A stretch of 62,830 nucleotides of DNA, counting the filler, from Sphacelaria rigidula (taxonomy: Eukaryota): the NCBI GenBank assembly GCA_964200075.2. It is 7 parts of 7 records of this genome, joined end to end, with 100 filler letters (N's around TTAATTAATTAA, not from the genome) between each part and the next. Parts side by side here need not be neighbours in the genome. Positions count along the whole stretch, not along the records: positions 44,953 to 53,841 come from CAXNAA020009830.1; positions 53,942 to 62,830 come from CAXNAA020009831.1; 5 more parts are not named here. One strand, 5' to 3'. Position numbers and translations under genes: made by a program. The notes below the pieces were generated by a model. It had not been told where the DNA came from and searched no databases. It saw only the letters and a program-made list of their open reading frames with translations. Shown piece after piece: positions 48,169 through 60,027 of the stretch. Each line of letters starts with the position of its first letter. Position 1 is the stretch's first letter.

Positions 48169-48423
48169 ACCGCAGATGAGAGCTCTCGAAAAAGTAACGA
48201 GAAGATGGCCAGGCGAGACAGGGCAGCCCGGATGGAGCAACTCGCCGAGGACGCTACCAACAAGGCAGTGGCGATCGCGATAAAACTCACCATCGAGCGG
48301 CGCGTGAAGAAGCTAGTGGAGGAGCAGGAGGATGCTCGGCGCGCGGCGGAGGCCGCCCGGCAAGCGGCCGAGGAGAGGCGGCGTGCTGTGGAATTGGCCC
48401 GACGGATAGCGGAGGAGCAGCAG
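48169..48423 (+). CDS. Exon, charged coiled coil (TADESSRKSNEK...RRIAEEQQ)
   Basis: cag/gtgagg sites, 255 bp, phase 0. Confidence 0.8.
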
Positions 48424-50202
48424 GTGAGGGTCTTATAGTGATGGAGGGGGGGGGTGGTCTGGTCATTTCTGACGTGTTGTTTATCCCAAGTAGATGGCGA
48501 GGACGCCACAGCTTTACCGCATTTGTGCCGAACATACCGGAGCGATCCGAGGAAAACGGGGGCGGAGGGCGGGAGGCGGGAGGAGGGACCGCAGTGGAGC
48601 ATCATAGTGTGAAGTATGACTGAGAGCACGAGGACGAGTGGTCTGTGTTGGCCGTTGGCCGTTCTCGAGAAACGAATGAGTGGACGACACTCCAGGGTGG
48701 GAGTTTCGTGGTGTACTAGGATCAGTCGCACATAATCGCAGCCGCATTTTCTCCCTTGTCCGTGAAGAGTTCGTGCAAAATTTGGAACACGTACGACGAT
48801 TCCCGAGGGGCTGCAGGCATATGTCGGGACGGTGTTTTGCGAGCCGTTCTACAGTGCTCTACTTGTTGGCAGCTTCATAATCTATCGCGACGGCGAGTTT
48901 TACACAGCAGTCGCACTTTGTCTGTGCAATAATTATTTGAATCGTTCAGAACGCGTCTCCGAGACGCCGGAGAAGCTCCGCAAACCGCCCACGAGCGATG
49001 CCTTGAAAGCTGGTTTTTGCTCGCTCGGCATTTCTCATGGCGACTGGCCACGAGGCACATCGAGGCTCTTTTGTTGGAGTGCGGTGTATTTGTGGCGCTT
49101 ACGGAACGATGTATTCTCCCGCTAAAGGCAACTTTACACACCGTTATGTGCATATCTTTTGCGTCGTGCACGAGAATGGCTGCTGAAACTAACCCTATGT
49201 TGAACAGCGATGCCATTGCCGCCACGGGCTTGTCATGCGCGAAATGCTTGACACAGTGACAGCTCCAGTCGTGCTGTGGCGCACGGAGCCTGTGGATTTC
49301 CTCTGCCACATACTGGAACATCTTCTTTTTTTTTCTCGTTTTGTTGTCGCAGGTAGGTCGCAGTGCCGTCACCGAGAGCGAATCGTGTTTACTGATGGTC
49401 CGGAAATCTGTTTCTCTGCCGCGATTTTTATTTTCTTCTTATTTTATTTATTTGTCGCGCTGCGAACCCCTTCCTTTTCTCGGGACGAGTCCGTGGTCTC
49501 GAGGGATCAACCCATCTCTCTCCGGTATCCGGCGATGTTGGGAATATTCCCCGCGATACGCCAACGTATGTGTTCTTTCTTGCCGGTGTACGCCAGAGCA
49601 GTTTGGTTCCTCGCTTCCGTAGGGTCCATGGATGAGAGGTTTTATACCCAAACTAGTGAGGTCGTTGTAGAGGAGCCGCGACCTTTTCCCACGGCCGTTT
49701 GTTTTTTTCGACTGGGGATGAGTGTGGTTCCTCCGCAAGACCTTCGACCGAAGCCATGTAGCAGAGGCCGGCCATTTTCTCTTCTTTTTTTTTTTTCTCC
49801 CTCTCTTCGTCTACTCTGTTGGCTGCTTCAGGTATTACTGATTTAATTGATTGATTGTCGCACTTCAACTGACCCCCCTCCCAGGGATTCAGTCGTGAAC
49901 ACATGATAAGATGTACCCGAGACAAAACAAAACCGAAACACTCGCTCAAGAGAAAGAAAAAAAAAGGAGCAAACAGAAAAGTTAGAACAGACCAACAGAG
50001 TAGACTGCTTCAGGCACGGGAGGCTCCCGGATTATCGTATAGCCTCTTGTCAGCCGCTACGTGCGCCATGTTGTGCACTTCAATATTATACCCTACACGA
50101 TCTTCAAGTGTCTCCCCTGTCCCACCATGCTCCGCTTGCGTCGTGTTTCTGCCTTCTAATATTTATTGTGTATTACTCCGTATTCCTAATCGGCTGCTTC
50201 AG

Positions 50203-50265
50203 GCACGGGAGGCTCGAGAACAGCAACAGCGGGAGAAGCGCGAGCAGCAGGAGCGCGAGAAGCGC

Positions 50266-50307
<42 letters not shown>

Positions 50308-50326
50308 AAGGAGAAGGAGCAGCTGC

Positions 50327-50365
<39 letters not shown>

Positions 50366-51490
50366 CTCAACGCGCGGAGAAACAGAAACAGCATCAACGT
50401 CAAGACGCCGACAAGAGAGGTGGGAAGCAGGGCTTCGAGGGCGAGACGGAGGAGGAGACAAGGATACGGCTTGCGAAAGCAGACAGGGAGAGGAAGGACA
50501 AGGCGGCCGCAGCCCAGAGAAAGCGACGGCATATGATTCAACAGCAGAAACTTGCGAGGGAGGCTGAAATGAGGGAAGCGGCGTTGGCAACGGCAGCTGC
50601 TAAGGCGGCTACCGGGGCGGCAGGCGGGATAGTTGCAGGAACAAACGGCAACACTGGCGATGCGGCAAGGGTCAGCAACGCGGAGTTGCCGGTGACGACC
50701 AACCCGCCGCCGCCGAAGAGGCTCAAGACTAATGCCACCGGCGGTGCGAAGAAGAGGGGCGTGGACAAGCAGCACTCGCAGCTCAAGAGGAAGACGGGTA
50801 GCAGTAGTGCTGACGTTGTTACGAAGCTGGCAATGGGCGCGGTGCCTGCGACCGAAATTCCGGGGGGGGGAGCGGCGGAGGGACGCCCAGCAACTCCAGC
50901 GGTAGCTGTAGCAGTAGCAGCAGGATCGAAGGAAGGAGCACTCGCCCCGCCGCCAAGGACGGCAGGCGAACTCGGTAACAGCAATATTAGCGGTATCGGC
51001 GGCGAGAGCGGCAGCAGCAAGGCAAAGCTCAAGAAGGGCGGTGCTGCAAAGACGAGGCCCGCAGCAAAGTCCAAGATTCGCGGCAAAGATGGACCCCACT
51101 CCAACGGCGGCAAGAAAGACGGGCCGGGAGGAGCAAGCGTGCCCCGGAAGGTCGGCAAGAAGGCCCAGCGAGACGCCAGCGCTGCGGCGGGGCTAGCCGC
51201 TGCCGGCAGAGAGGGGGCGGCACGAGGAGGCGCAGCGGCAGCGGTGGCGGTGGCAGCGGCGGCGAGCGGAAGCGGTAGCCAGCTCGCGCAACGGCAACAG
51301 CAGGGCGTTTCGTTGGGGGTTTCGGGTTCGCCTGTGGAGACAGTGGTGGCGGGGGCCGGGATATCGTCGCTGAAGACAGATGATGAATCGGAGGGTGGTG
51401 GCGGTGGCGGCAGCGGCGGAGGCTCTGGCTTTCCGGTCGGTAGCAGTGGTGTTGAAGGCAGCGGCGGGGGCGGGGGGAGAACGGAAGGAG
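50203..51490 (+). CDS. Large exon: polyQ/coiled coil followed by an A/G/K-rich disordered region with NLS-like PPPPKRLK
   Basis: cag|GCA acceptor, G|gtgaga donor, 1288 bp open frame, (CAG)n tracts. Confidence 0.85.
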
Positions 51491-52454
51491 GTGAGATTGA
51501 TCATGGAGGCGACATTTTTATTTTGAGTTGCTGTATTTTTTGTTGCTTCGCCATGATTTTGTGATGATGCTTTTGCGGTATTGTGCACTTCTTTGATGCG
51601 GTCATTGTTTTCTGTTTTTTCGTGTCGAGGAGTAAAGGGGGGTCCGCTGTTTCGTGATGAAGCATGTAGATGTCGGCTAGAGCGGGGTATGTTGGTTCGT
51701 GTATACTCACAAGCCACATGATTTCGTACCGTGGGCCAAACGCGGTCAAGAAGGCTTGCCAAGATGAATTGTGGGAGCGTGAGTTAGATCACGGGCGGGG
51801 CATCAAAATATGACAACCTTATGGCATGCCAAAAAAATCATTCCGAGTGAGACCCTCGCTTTGGGTTTTCGTTTTACATGTAGTCAGAGGACGTGCTCCC
51901 TGGTTGTGTGACGGGGGGGGGTTAATGACTCCGTTCCCTGGCATTTGCCGTCTGGTACGTGTGGGGCACTCGGGGAATGTATTCCAACCGCGGGTTTGCG
52001 AAGAGCTGTTGCAAGAGGCAAGGATGGGATATCACAAGCCCTCACACGACAAAATCGCAGAATCTTTTTTTCGGGCTAAAGTAGAAAACGGATCCAATCC
52101 CGAGGACGCCCGTTGGTCAGACGCTGTGTTCCATCGTGTTACCCAGCTGGAGAGGGTTTGCTTTTTTTCACGTTTTTTTCTTCTACACTAGCTAGAAATT
52201 GGCCTAGGACAGATACTGGAATGCCGCTGCTGAAGGGGCATGTATTCCAATAATGTTGCAGACGACAGTTTCACCAGTGTGATACTACGGACATGCTATA
52301 TTTATACGTGAAGTGCACGGCGACGTTATTGTGAGCATGCGAGATACGTGGAATATATGTGAATGAGGGGATCTCCAGTGCTCCCATGACCAACGGGAAT
52401 CAAACGATCTTGTGATTTAATGTGATCAACAATACCCCTTCCCCCCGCGCGCGC

Positions 52455-52610
52455 GATGGTCAATGGTCAAACGACTAAGGCAAGCAACAAATGAGTACGT
52501 CCCCCCCCCCCGCGCGCCCGCGCCGGTGCTCCGTCTCGGAAGGGATGCATGGTCAATGGTCAAAGGACTAAGGCAGGCAACGAAGGAGTACGCCCCCCGT
52601 CACCCCCGCT
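52455..52610 (+). mobile_element. Two tandem family A 3' ends, each followed by a C-run
   Basis: 52455-52511 and 52525-52610, preceded by a C-run at ~52435-52446. Confidence 0.85.
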
Positions 52611-52813
52611 CACCCTCACGCTCTTGACATGATGGTGTCGAGTATGAGAGTGGTGAAACGAACCAAGGCTTGAATCCCAGCCTTGCGAAGGAGGGTTAGT
52701 GAAGTCACAGTAGAGTCTGTGAGAGGAATAACATGTGTGTTTGCGTGTGCAGTGTCAATCCTCCGGACAAATGTATGGATGAATGTTTACATGCCGTACC
52801 GTAAAATACACAG

Positions 52814-53175
52814 GGAACGATACCAGACTCAGCCCGGCTGCCGGTGCCGGCGGCGGCGGAGGTGGAGGGAAGGGCACCGGTAGGCGCAAGGCTGGAACGG
52901 GCGCAAGACGCGCGCGCAAGCAGTCGGGGGAGGTGAAGTCCAAATCGTCCACTCCCGAAGGTCAAGCTCTGGTGGGCAAGACAATCAAGCTTCACCGCGA
53001 TGACGTTGACTACCCGAACGGCCGCTGGTGCGTGGCGGACGTCCGCAAGTGGAGCAGCGCTCAGCGCAAATATCTTCTGGCGTACCATGGCCGTGGACCT
53101 GCTTGGCTGCCCCCCGGGTGGCTAGAGCTCAAGGAGAAGAGGAAGATGCAGATTGTGTCGACACCCAACGTAGAG
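52814..53175 (+). CDS. Exon with a Tudor-like domain (ALVGKTIKLH...GRWCVADVRKWSSAQRKYLLAY...WLEL)
   Basis: cag|GG completes phase 1 from the previous exon; GAG|gtgtgg donor; 'LVG-K-x-I...W-x-x-x-x-V-x-x-W...Y-x-L-x-Y...W-x-x-L' Tudor-like pattern. Confidence 0.7.
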
Positions 53176-53205
53176 GTGTGGGCTTGCTGTGACGCGCACG
53201 CGCAA

Positions 53206-53362
53206 GGGGGGGTGTACTCATGATATTGCATGCCGTAGTCATCAGACCATCGGCCTCATATCCCTGCAAAGCCGGGGTGGAGCACGTCGGGTTTTCGCCG
53301 GACCAGGCTCGCAGTCACCAAGCGCGAAGCGCCGTGATGTGTACGGCGAGTCCCACGAGAGG
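53206..53362 (-). mobile_element. Family B copy
   Basis: gggggggtgtactcatgatattgcatgccgtagtcatcagaccatcggcctc... Confidence 0.85.
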
Positions 53363-53804
53363 GGTCCATGTGGCGGTGGAGCGTCGATAGAAGCGGCAGT
53401 TGGGGTGTTTTGGCACAGTTGTGCTCTGTAGTCGATCCCTGATGCGTTCCCGTCAAGGAAACGGGTATGGGGTAAATAGCCGTTCTTCGGCTGCTTGAAC
53501 TTGGGGTCAGAATGTTTTTTTTTCAAAGCAAATTTCACAGCGCATTTCGTATGAGCGCAGTAAGGTATTGGCGTATATTTGTATAGCTGATAAAAAGTAA
53601 AAAATCAGCACACCTTCAGAACATCACAAGTTAGTGTGTGTGAGGGGGGGGGGGGGGGGGGGGGGGGGGATTCGAAAGACAAGGTTACTAGTCTTTCGCA
53701 TGCCTCCGTTGCTGAGACGATTTTTCGATAGGGTCGAGCATGGTTTACAATGGAGCAATCAACGACACCTTAATTCAGTCTCCCTAACCCCATTCAAACC
53801 TGCC

Positions 53805-53836
<32 letters not shown>

Positions 53837-53841
53837 ACCCC

Positions 53842-53941
53842 NNNNNNNNNNNNNNNNNNNNNNNNNNNNNNNNNNNNNNNNNNNNTTAATTAATTAANNN
53901 NNNNNNNNNNNNNNNNNNNNNNNNNNNNNNNNNNNNNNNNN
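53842..53941. other. Artificial contig linker
   Basis: N44-TTAATTAATTAA-N44. Confidence 0.98.
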
Positions 53942-54594
53942 TTCAACCCCAAAAATTAGGATCGGCTGTTATATGCAGGACACGTCATTCCCAACCAGCT
54001 TCTTTGATCGTTCTGGAGGCACAGTCCTAAAAGAGGTAAGCTACCTCAACGTACGTTGAGCTGAGGTAGAACGCTCAAAACACAAGAAGTCCCGAAAACT
54101 AATTGCTTTGTACGATATGAATCGACCACACTGAAAGCAGGTAACTTTGACATGAACCACTGTTCAATACCCTTGATGTGTTGTTCCATATTTCTGGGTT
54201 CAATCCGTATCGACTTCGCGGACAATAACTACATCATCATCAAAGGCGATGACGATGGCGACAACTGTACGGTTTGTTTGACTTGCGTCTGAAGCACTGG
54301 AGAGGAGCTCAGAAACAAGTATATTGCGGGTGGGAGGTCGTTCGTGTCGAGTTCGAAGAGGCAAGACGTTCAGACACCGAGGGAAGTATGTTCTCCGTCC
54401 AGAATGTGTTTTGTCGAAATCGCCCCCTGCGCGTCGATATCAGGTCTCCCAACAACGCACACTATATCTAGAGAAACGCATGTATGTTATGCATGTGTTG
54501 CTGTACACCCACAAGTGGCTGCAGTAGGCTGACTCTAGCCAATGTTAAGCTGCTGTGCGAGCTGTGCCTCAACTGTGCAAGACGAAAAAAATGA

Positions 54595-54970
54595 TGTTGA
54601 ATAGGCGCTCATGACCAACACAGACTTGTAGAGTACAACGGACTGCCGAAGTCCAGTTGAGAAGTTGGAGAAATGAAGAGTGAAAGAGTAGGGCTCGCGA
54701 TGTACTCGTGAGTCCTCTTGTGCTCCTCCTGTCAAGAGTTCGTATCTCAATCCTATCAAGGATTCTCGATCGTACTGGACCGTTACTCAGATCGATCTAC
54801 GGTGTACTGTACTTGTGCTAGAGGTACTCTAGTAAGTTCGTATAATCAACTTTTCAACCGACAGCGGTTGCTCCGCTCGAACACCAAACGACACATGTCA
54901 CCTGCGCTATGGTACTGAGCATTGCCTGGATAGTCTATGCCAAGGTCTTTTCGTAACACTCCCCCCCAAT
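54595..54970 (-). mobile_element. Probable PPT plus LTR (54595-54958) of a second Copia-like element
   Basis: Minus strand aacttccattgggggggag|TGTTAC...TCAACA; same PPT context as at 55641. Confidence 0.55.
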
Positions 54971-55229
54971 GGAAGTTAACTGCGCAAAAAATACTCCCGT
55001 GTTACCTGGTTGTCAATTGCAACTAATCAACCCCAATGACTACCTCACTTACCTCTCCCGAAGTGTCAACTTGATATGGTGCTTCTTACCGTAGAGCTCA
55101 CGTTGGCACGATACCTTGTGGAAATAAATGTCAATTACCAAACAAGTTTTCAATTGCTTTTAGAATTTCCACCTGCTTGCCATGAGCCAAACCAATTCCA
55201 TTTCTACTACAACAGCAATGAATTCTAGT

Positions 55230-56764
55230 TGTTGAACAATTTGCATACTATGCATGAGTTACAATTGCCTCATGAGAAATACAAATTACACGCGGATATT
55301 GTCGTCCCTTCAAAACGACTACTTATACTCTCTCTGCAATACCGGTGCTGCAAGAAAATCTCGCGGGATTATTGAAAACCAAAACAAGAAAAACGACCAT
55401 GCAACAGATCTGGCTGCACCTCTCCGCTTTCTAGAATATTAAACACACACGCATGTTCTAGACAAGTCTTAGTTTAGAAGCTTGTTCTGGGAACTACTGT
55501 TGCAGGAACCAAAGTACCGTTCTACGTGGCCTACTTGAACCAATTACTGTTCTTGAGAACCTATGCGGTGTACGCATTCAGATCTCGACTGCTATAATGC
55601 TACTGAATATTGACTTATGTAGCTTTGCTAATCCATAACACTCCCCCTCAATGGAAGTTTCGTGATACTACTTCAACAATAAATACTTCACATTCATCCA
55701 AAGACATAGTGTAGCCTAGACCATACGTTGTGCCGACTACTGCCCCTTCATGCAAGGAATGGAAACCTTTCAAATGCATTTCATGGCATGCAATCTTCTA
55801 CAGGATGTACTCAAGAGACAGAGATACGCTGATGTACCAAACACCAAAGTATATAATCCAATACAAGAATATTGCTAGAACTACGTAGTAGCGAATACTG
55901 GACTGTTAATGACTATTAGTTCCTAATCGCGAAGTCAAAACAGGGCGATCCCTGAATCTTGTAGATGGAAGTTCTTGCTCGAAGATTCTTGTTGAAGATC
56001 CTCAAGCTTGTCACGTCCCGAAGTTTTTGATGGGATACTTGTGACGTTGCTTGTTGAGGTGCTTTTTCCCGATGTCGGCGAGGTTGTCCTCGGTCGGAAC
56101 GTGGTGGATGGATATCCTCCCCTCCTTCACGATCTCGCGGATGTAGAAGAAGCGTAGTGCCACATGCTTTGTGCGCCCGCTGAAGGTCTGGTTGCCGATC
56201 ACGTTGAGCGTAGCGGTGTTGTCGATGTACAGTGGCGCTCACCTGAACTCATATCCGAATCCAAGTTCCGTCATCATGTTGGTGCAGAAGATCACTTCCT
56301 TCATCGCGAGTGCTGCAGCCACCAGCTCGGCCTCCATAGTAGACATGGCTTTCAGGCTTTGAAGTCCGGACTTGAAGCTCACCGGCGCCTTGGACATCAT
56401 CATGATGTACGATGACCTGGACTTTCCGTTGTCCGGGTTGTTGCCCCAGTTGGAGTCTGAGAATGTCGTGAGGTCCAATCCTCCTTTCTTGTACATGATG
56501 TTGAAGACCCTAGACCCGGAGAGGTAGCGAAGAAGATGCTTTGCTGCTCCCATGTGGATCTTTGAAGGGTTTGACATCGCCCGTGCAAGTTGACTGGCGC
56601 AGTACATGATGTCGTAGCGGGTGATTTGAGCCAAGTACATGGCGGAACCAATGATAGCCTGGTATCGCTGCTTATCCTCACTTCGACCTCGGCTCACGAA
56701 AACCCTTATCCCCCAACTTGGGGATAGTCTTGACTGTGTTGTTCATGTTGGTCGACTTGTCCAT
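55230..56764 (-). mobile_element. Internally deleted Ty1/Copia element: gag start, RT end plus RNase H, PPT, probable 3' LTR (55230-55640)
   Basis: YQAIIGSAMYLAQITRYDI, FSDSNWG, STMEAELVA, YIDNTAT, RTKHVALRFFYIRE, NLADI motifs with one in-frame stop; PPT ATTGAGGGGGAG then TGTTAT...TCAACA. Confidence 0.88.
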
Positions 56765-58699
56765 GATGCTTGAGTGCTACGCGTCAGGCGCGCAGGCTAA
56801 TCCTATGCACGTTTTAATTTATGCTGTCCGGCCACGTCTGTCCTCCAGGCACTACTCAAAAGTGCTTGACGGGCGTGCTGCAAGATGATGCGTGCAGGCT
56901 GTATTTGTGGGCAAGTTGTCAACACGCAATCACCCCCAAGAACTACAATTTCATCCGTCCTGAGCTTTTGAGTAGCTCAACACGCCGAAAGTGTATCTGC
57001 ACAGTTCTATACGCCGCCTATGAACCGACGTCTAGATAATTTTTGCCCCCGAATGCGATGCACCAACCAGTTTGTTCGTACCACTTGTTGTGCAGTATCT
57101 TGGATCCCAGCTGATCAGACCAGTATCCAGTCGCAGACGGGTTGACTCGAAATTTCTCACAGTCTGCAGAATTCTCGACACAGATCTCCGAAGCTCGCTT
57201 GTGCTGGATGCTCGAAGACGTCGATCCCCGATATACCCCGCACTAGCGCTGCGCTGAAGCGAGGCTCATAACCTGTTATGGATGTGTCTACCATGAACAT
57301 TTGTAGCCCAAGGTCGGCGAACCCTTGGACCACGATGTGGACAGTCTATCTGGAAGACCTGTGAAGACACGTTTTTTCAAGTGAAACTCATGCCCATTCA
57401 GAAGCTAACGTATACCCTCAGACCGCGAACGTAGTCCATCTGGACTTTGCCTACTTTTTTCAAGTGAAATTGATGCTGATTAAACAGATGGCCTACTCTC
57501 GCTGTCCAAGGTTTCCTCAAAACGTGGACAAACTGAAGCTCCCACCAGGACAGAGTCTGCTTGATTAAATTATTAGCGGGCGAAGCCCACATCATACGCC
57601 AAACTTCCCACGCAGAGATGAGGGTAACCCATAGTGAAATGAAAGAAGCCGGACTATGGCCGAGCGTTCAAACTCGGCACTGGCCCAAAACTTAGGACCT
57701 CCCCAACATCAGACGGAGGACTAAAACATGGAACATGCCCTGTTTCACCACTACTGTACCGCAGCAAACACACCCAAGCCCTCCTCATATGTTGAAGCTT
57801 TAACTGCCTGTACTGTTGTGGTGTGTTTAGGCCGTGCAAAGACGGGTTGGATTGCATGCGAGCTGCCATGTTGTCGTTGTGTTCGTCTCTGCAGAAAGCA
57901 ATGTTAGTCGGCACGTAGTGCTCGCTGCAGACTGTTGGGAACTTCATGGGCGTGTTGGCTCTTTCGTCTTCCGTTAGACGAACAGCGCGCTTTTCGGTAC
58001 TGCGACACTTCCGCTGGCGATGCGCGTTGGGGGTCTGCACTGTACCGTATTACTCTGTTGTGTTCAGTGTTGTATACTGTACTATCCATGATTCTGTATT
58101 GTGCTGGAACGCTACGAGATTAGACCGCACGAACACGAGGTTTTAGACTACTCTTTTGGCGATTCCAAAGCGAAATTGAGCGATCTGATGGGTAGTTTCC
58201 GAGCAAATTTGTCCCGCTCCAAATGCAGTCTGCCAAAACGTATGTGCGATCCAGATGTACTGCCCGCATCGCGGTCTAAGGGTTGAGAGTATACCAATGC
58301 TACACATACCGACGCTGGGGTGAATGACGCTTATGCGTGTATTCCAGAGGTATAAGCTCAAGTCGTAGCGGACGGAGGCTGTTCAGTCACCGTGATGCAG
58401 TATGTTCAGTCACCGTGATGCAGTCTGTTCTGCTAGTGCAGTAAACACTACGTTATCCGTTGCATTGGGCTATTTCATGTGTATGTACATAAGCGGCAGC
58501 GCTTTTGTCAACATAATTCCTTATTATGGGAGGCACGACAACCACTTTCACATTTGTCTCCCGCCATGTAACCAACGCAGCGGAGCCTCGGGTGTATAGA
58601 CGGTATGTCGCCACTTCAGCTGCAATACCCCAAAGCGTATATCCCAACAAATAGTGGGAACAAACCCTGGTTTATTCAAGAATCCTGCACAGGCACCGT

Positions 58700-59045
58700 G
58701 GGTAAGGTAGGTATCCGGTACCGGTATTTGGGACCCTACCGATACCGGTCCAATCGGGTATTTTCAAATGCCATACTGGTAAGGAATAGCGAGGACGGTA
58801 TTGGAAAGGCGAGCCTACGTCGGTGACCACGGCTTCGCGAGATCGGACTAATGTGCGGAAATAATGATTTAATAATATAAAATACCTACGTTACCCACGA
58901 TACCCCCGTATCTCGAGATTTCGATACCCACCGTACCCACTCAATCAGGTACTTTCAAAGCTCATACCAACGATACCTACGATGCCACGGTATTACGAGA
59001 TACCAATACCTACCGTACCCGCTCAATCGGGTATTTTCAAAGCAC
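58700..59045. repeat. TACC-rich repeat with ~45-bp direct repeats
   Basis: gatacc...accgtaccc.ctcaatc.ggta.tttcaaagc at ~58923 and ~58999; related unit at ~58740. Confidence 0.6.
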
Positions 59046-59053
59046 ATATTTAC

Positions 59054-59335
59054 ACACGCGGCCATTTAGCTACACCCCCAAAATGCCTTCGGAGGGATGC
59101 GCGGCCCTCCCGGGGGAGAACAAGTCTCTGGAGACTTTCCATGTCTCTGAAGGAGACCAGACTCTACCGACCCGGAGGGCCGCGCAACCCTCCAGAGGAA
59201 TTTGGAGGCATGCGCGGCCCTCCAGAGACGAAAAAAAGCTTTCGGAGGCGTTTAATCCCTCTCGAGGAAACCAAAAATCTCTCGAGGATCGCGCACCCCT
59301 CCGGAGGCGTTCAATTCCTCCGGAGGCTCGAAACG
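59054..59335. mobile_element. Truncated relative of the 4827-5210 MITE
   Basis: acacgcggccatttagctacacccc terminus plus CCCTCCRGAGG repeats. Confidence 0.65.
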
Positions 59336-60027
59336 TTTACTTCACGACATAACCCAGGGTGTCACTAGCAAGGTTCCTGATGATTCTCGCGTGCTTCCGA
59401 GCGCCGAGGCGTGCGTCAAGGGCAGCTCTGCGGAGTATTGTGCTTGGGTCCGAAATATTAGGTATTCGCCAAACGCGAAGGCTCGGCAAAAAAATTCTCG
59501 CCGCTTTATGTTGGGAGAACGTTCGAAAAAAGGTGCGAACACGCCTAAAATCTTGGCGATCTCCCCAAAACCTGTGTCGATAATAACGGCCTTAAAACTT
59601 GGCAGTGACATCCCTCCCGGCGACAGCCGCCGCCACTGGTCGTTCGGAACTGGTTGATAAATTCCGCCTTGCCGTGATTGAGGGGATCGCTCCTAGACTT
59701 GTCTGATAGTATTTTACTAATACACGGCGAACCCCTTGTTACTCAAGATCAATCCCAAAAGGGTCAAGGTACGCGCGCACCCGTCACGTGGGATTGCGCA
59801 AAGTGCAAAATTCACGTCGATATTGTTTTGACCCACGATCACAAGCGGTCAACTTTCTTCTCTCTCTCCTCCGAGCCACTGGGTGTCGGATTTTTCTAGA
59901 TTTGATGACTGGTCCCACACGCGAAATAAATAAAAGTCAACACTTGTCTCTGCTTCTTTGGTGTCGCCAAATCTAGCCATCTCAACCCATTTCACTGGTT
60001 CCTTTATTGCCAAACTGACGATCACAG

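Noticed and set aside
49903-51564. 553-aa ORF as a complete gene (and its antisense ORFs)
   Set aside because: Only 50203-51490 is bounded by splice sites. The ends are intronic, and the antisense ORFs are shadows of GC-rich/CAG sequence.
51990-52155. Additional exon of the PWWP/Tudor-like gene
   Set aside because: It has no clear acceptor, and the flanking exons already join in phase without it.
8936-53897. TTAATTAATTAA repeated every ~8.99 kb as a biological periodic element
   Set aside because: It is always embedded in exactly 44+44 Ns; it is an assembly concatenation linker.
58380-58424. 22-bp tandem duplication (also 7595-7615/7650-7670)
   Set aside because: Simple local slippage-type duplications with no further structure.
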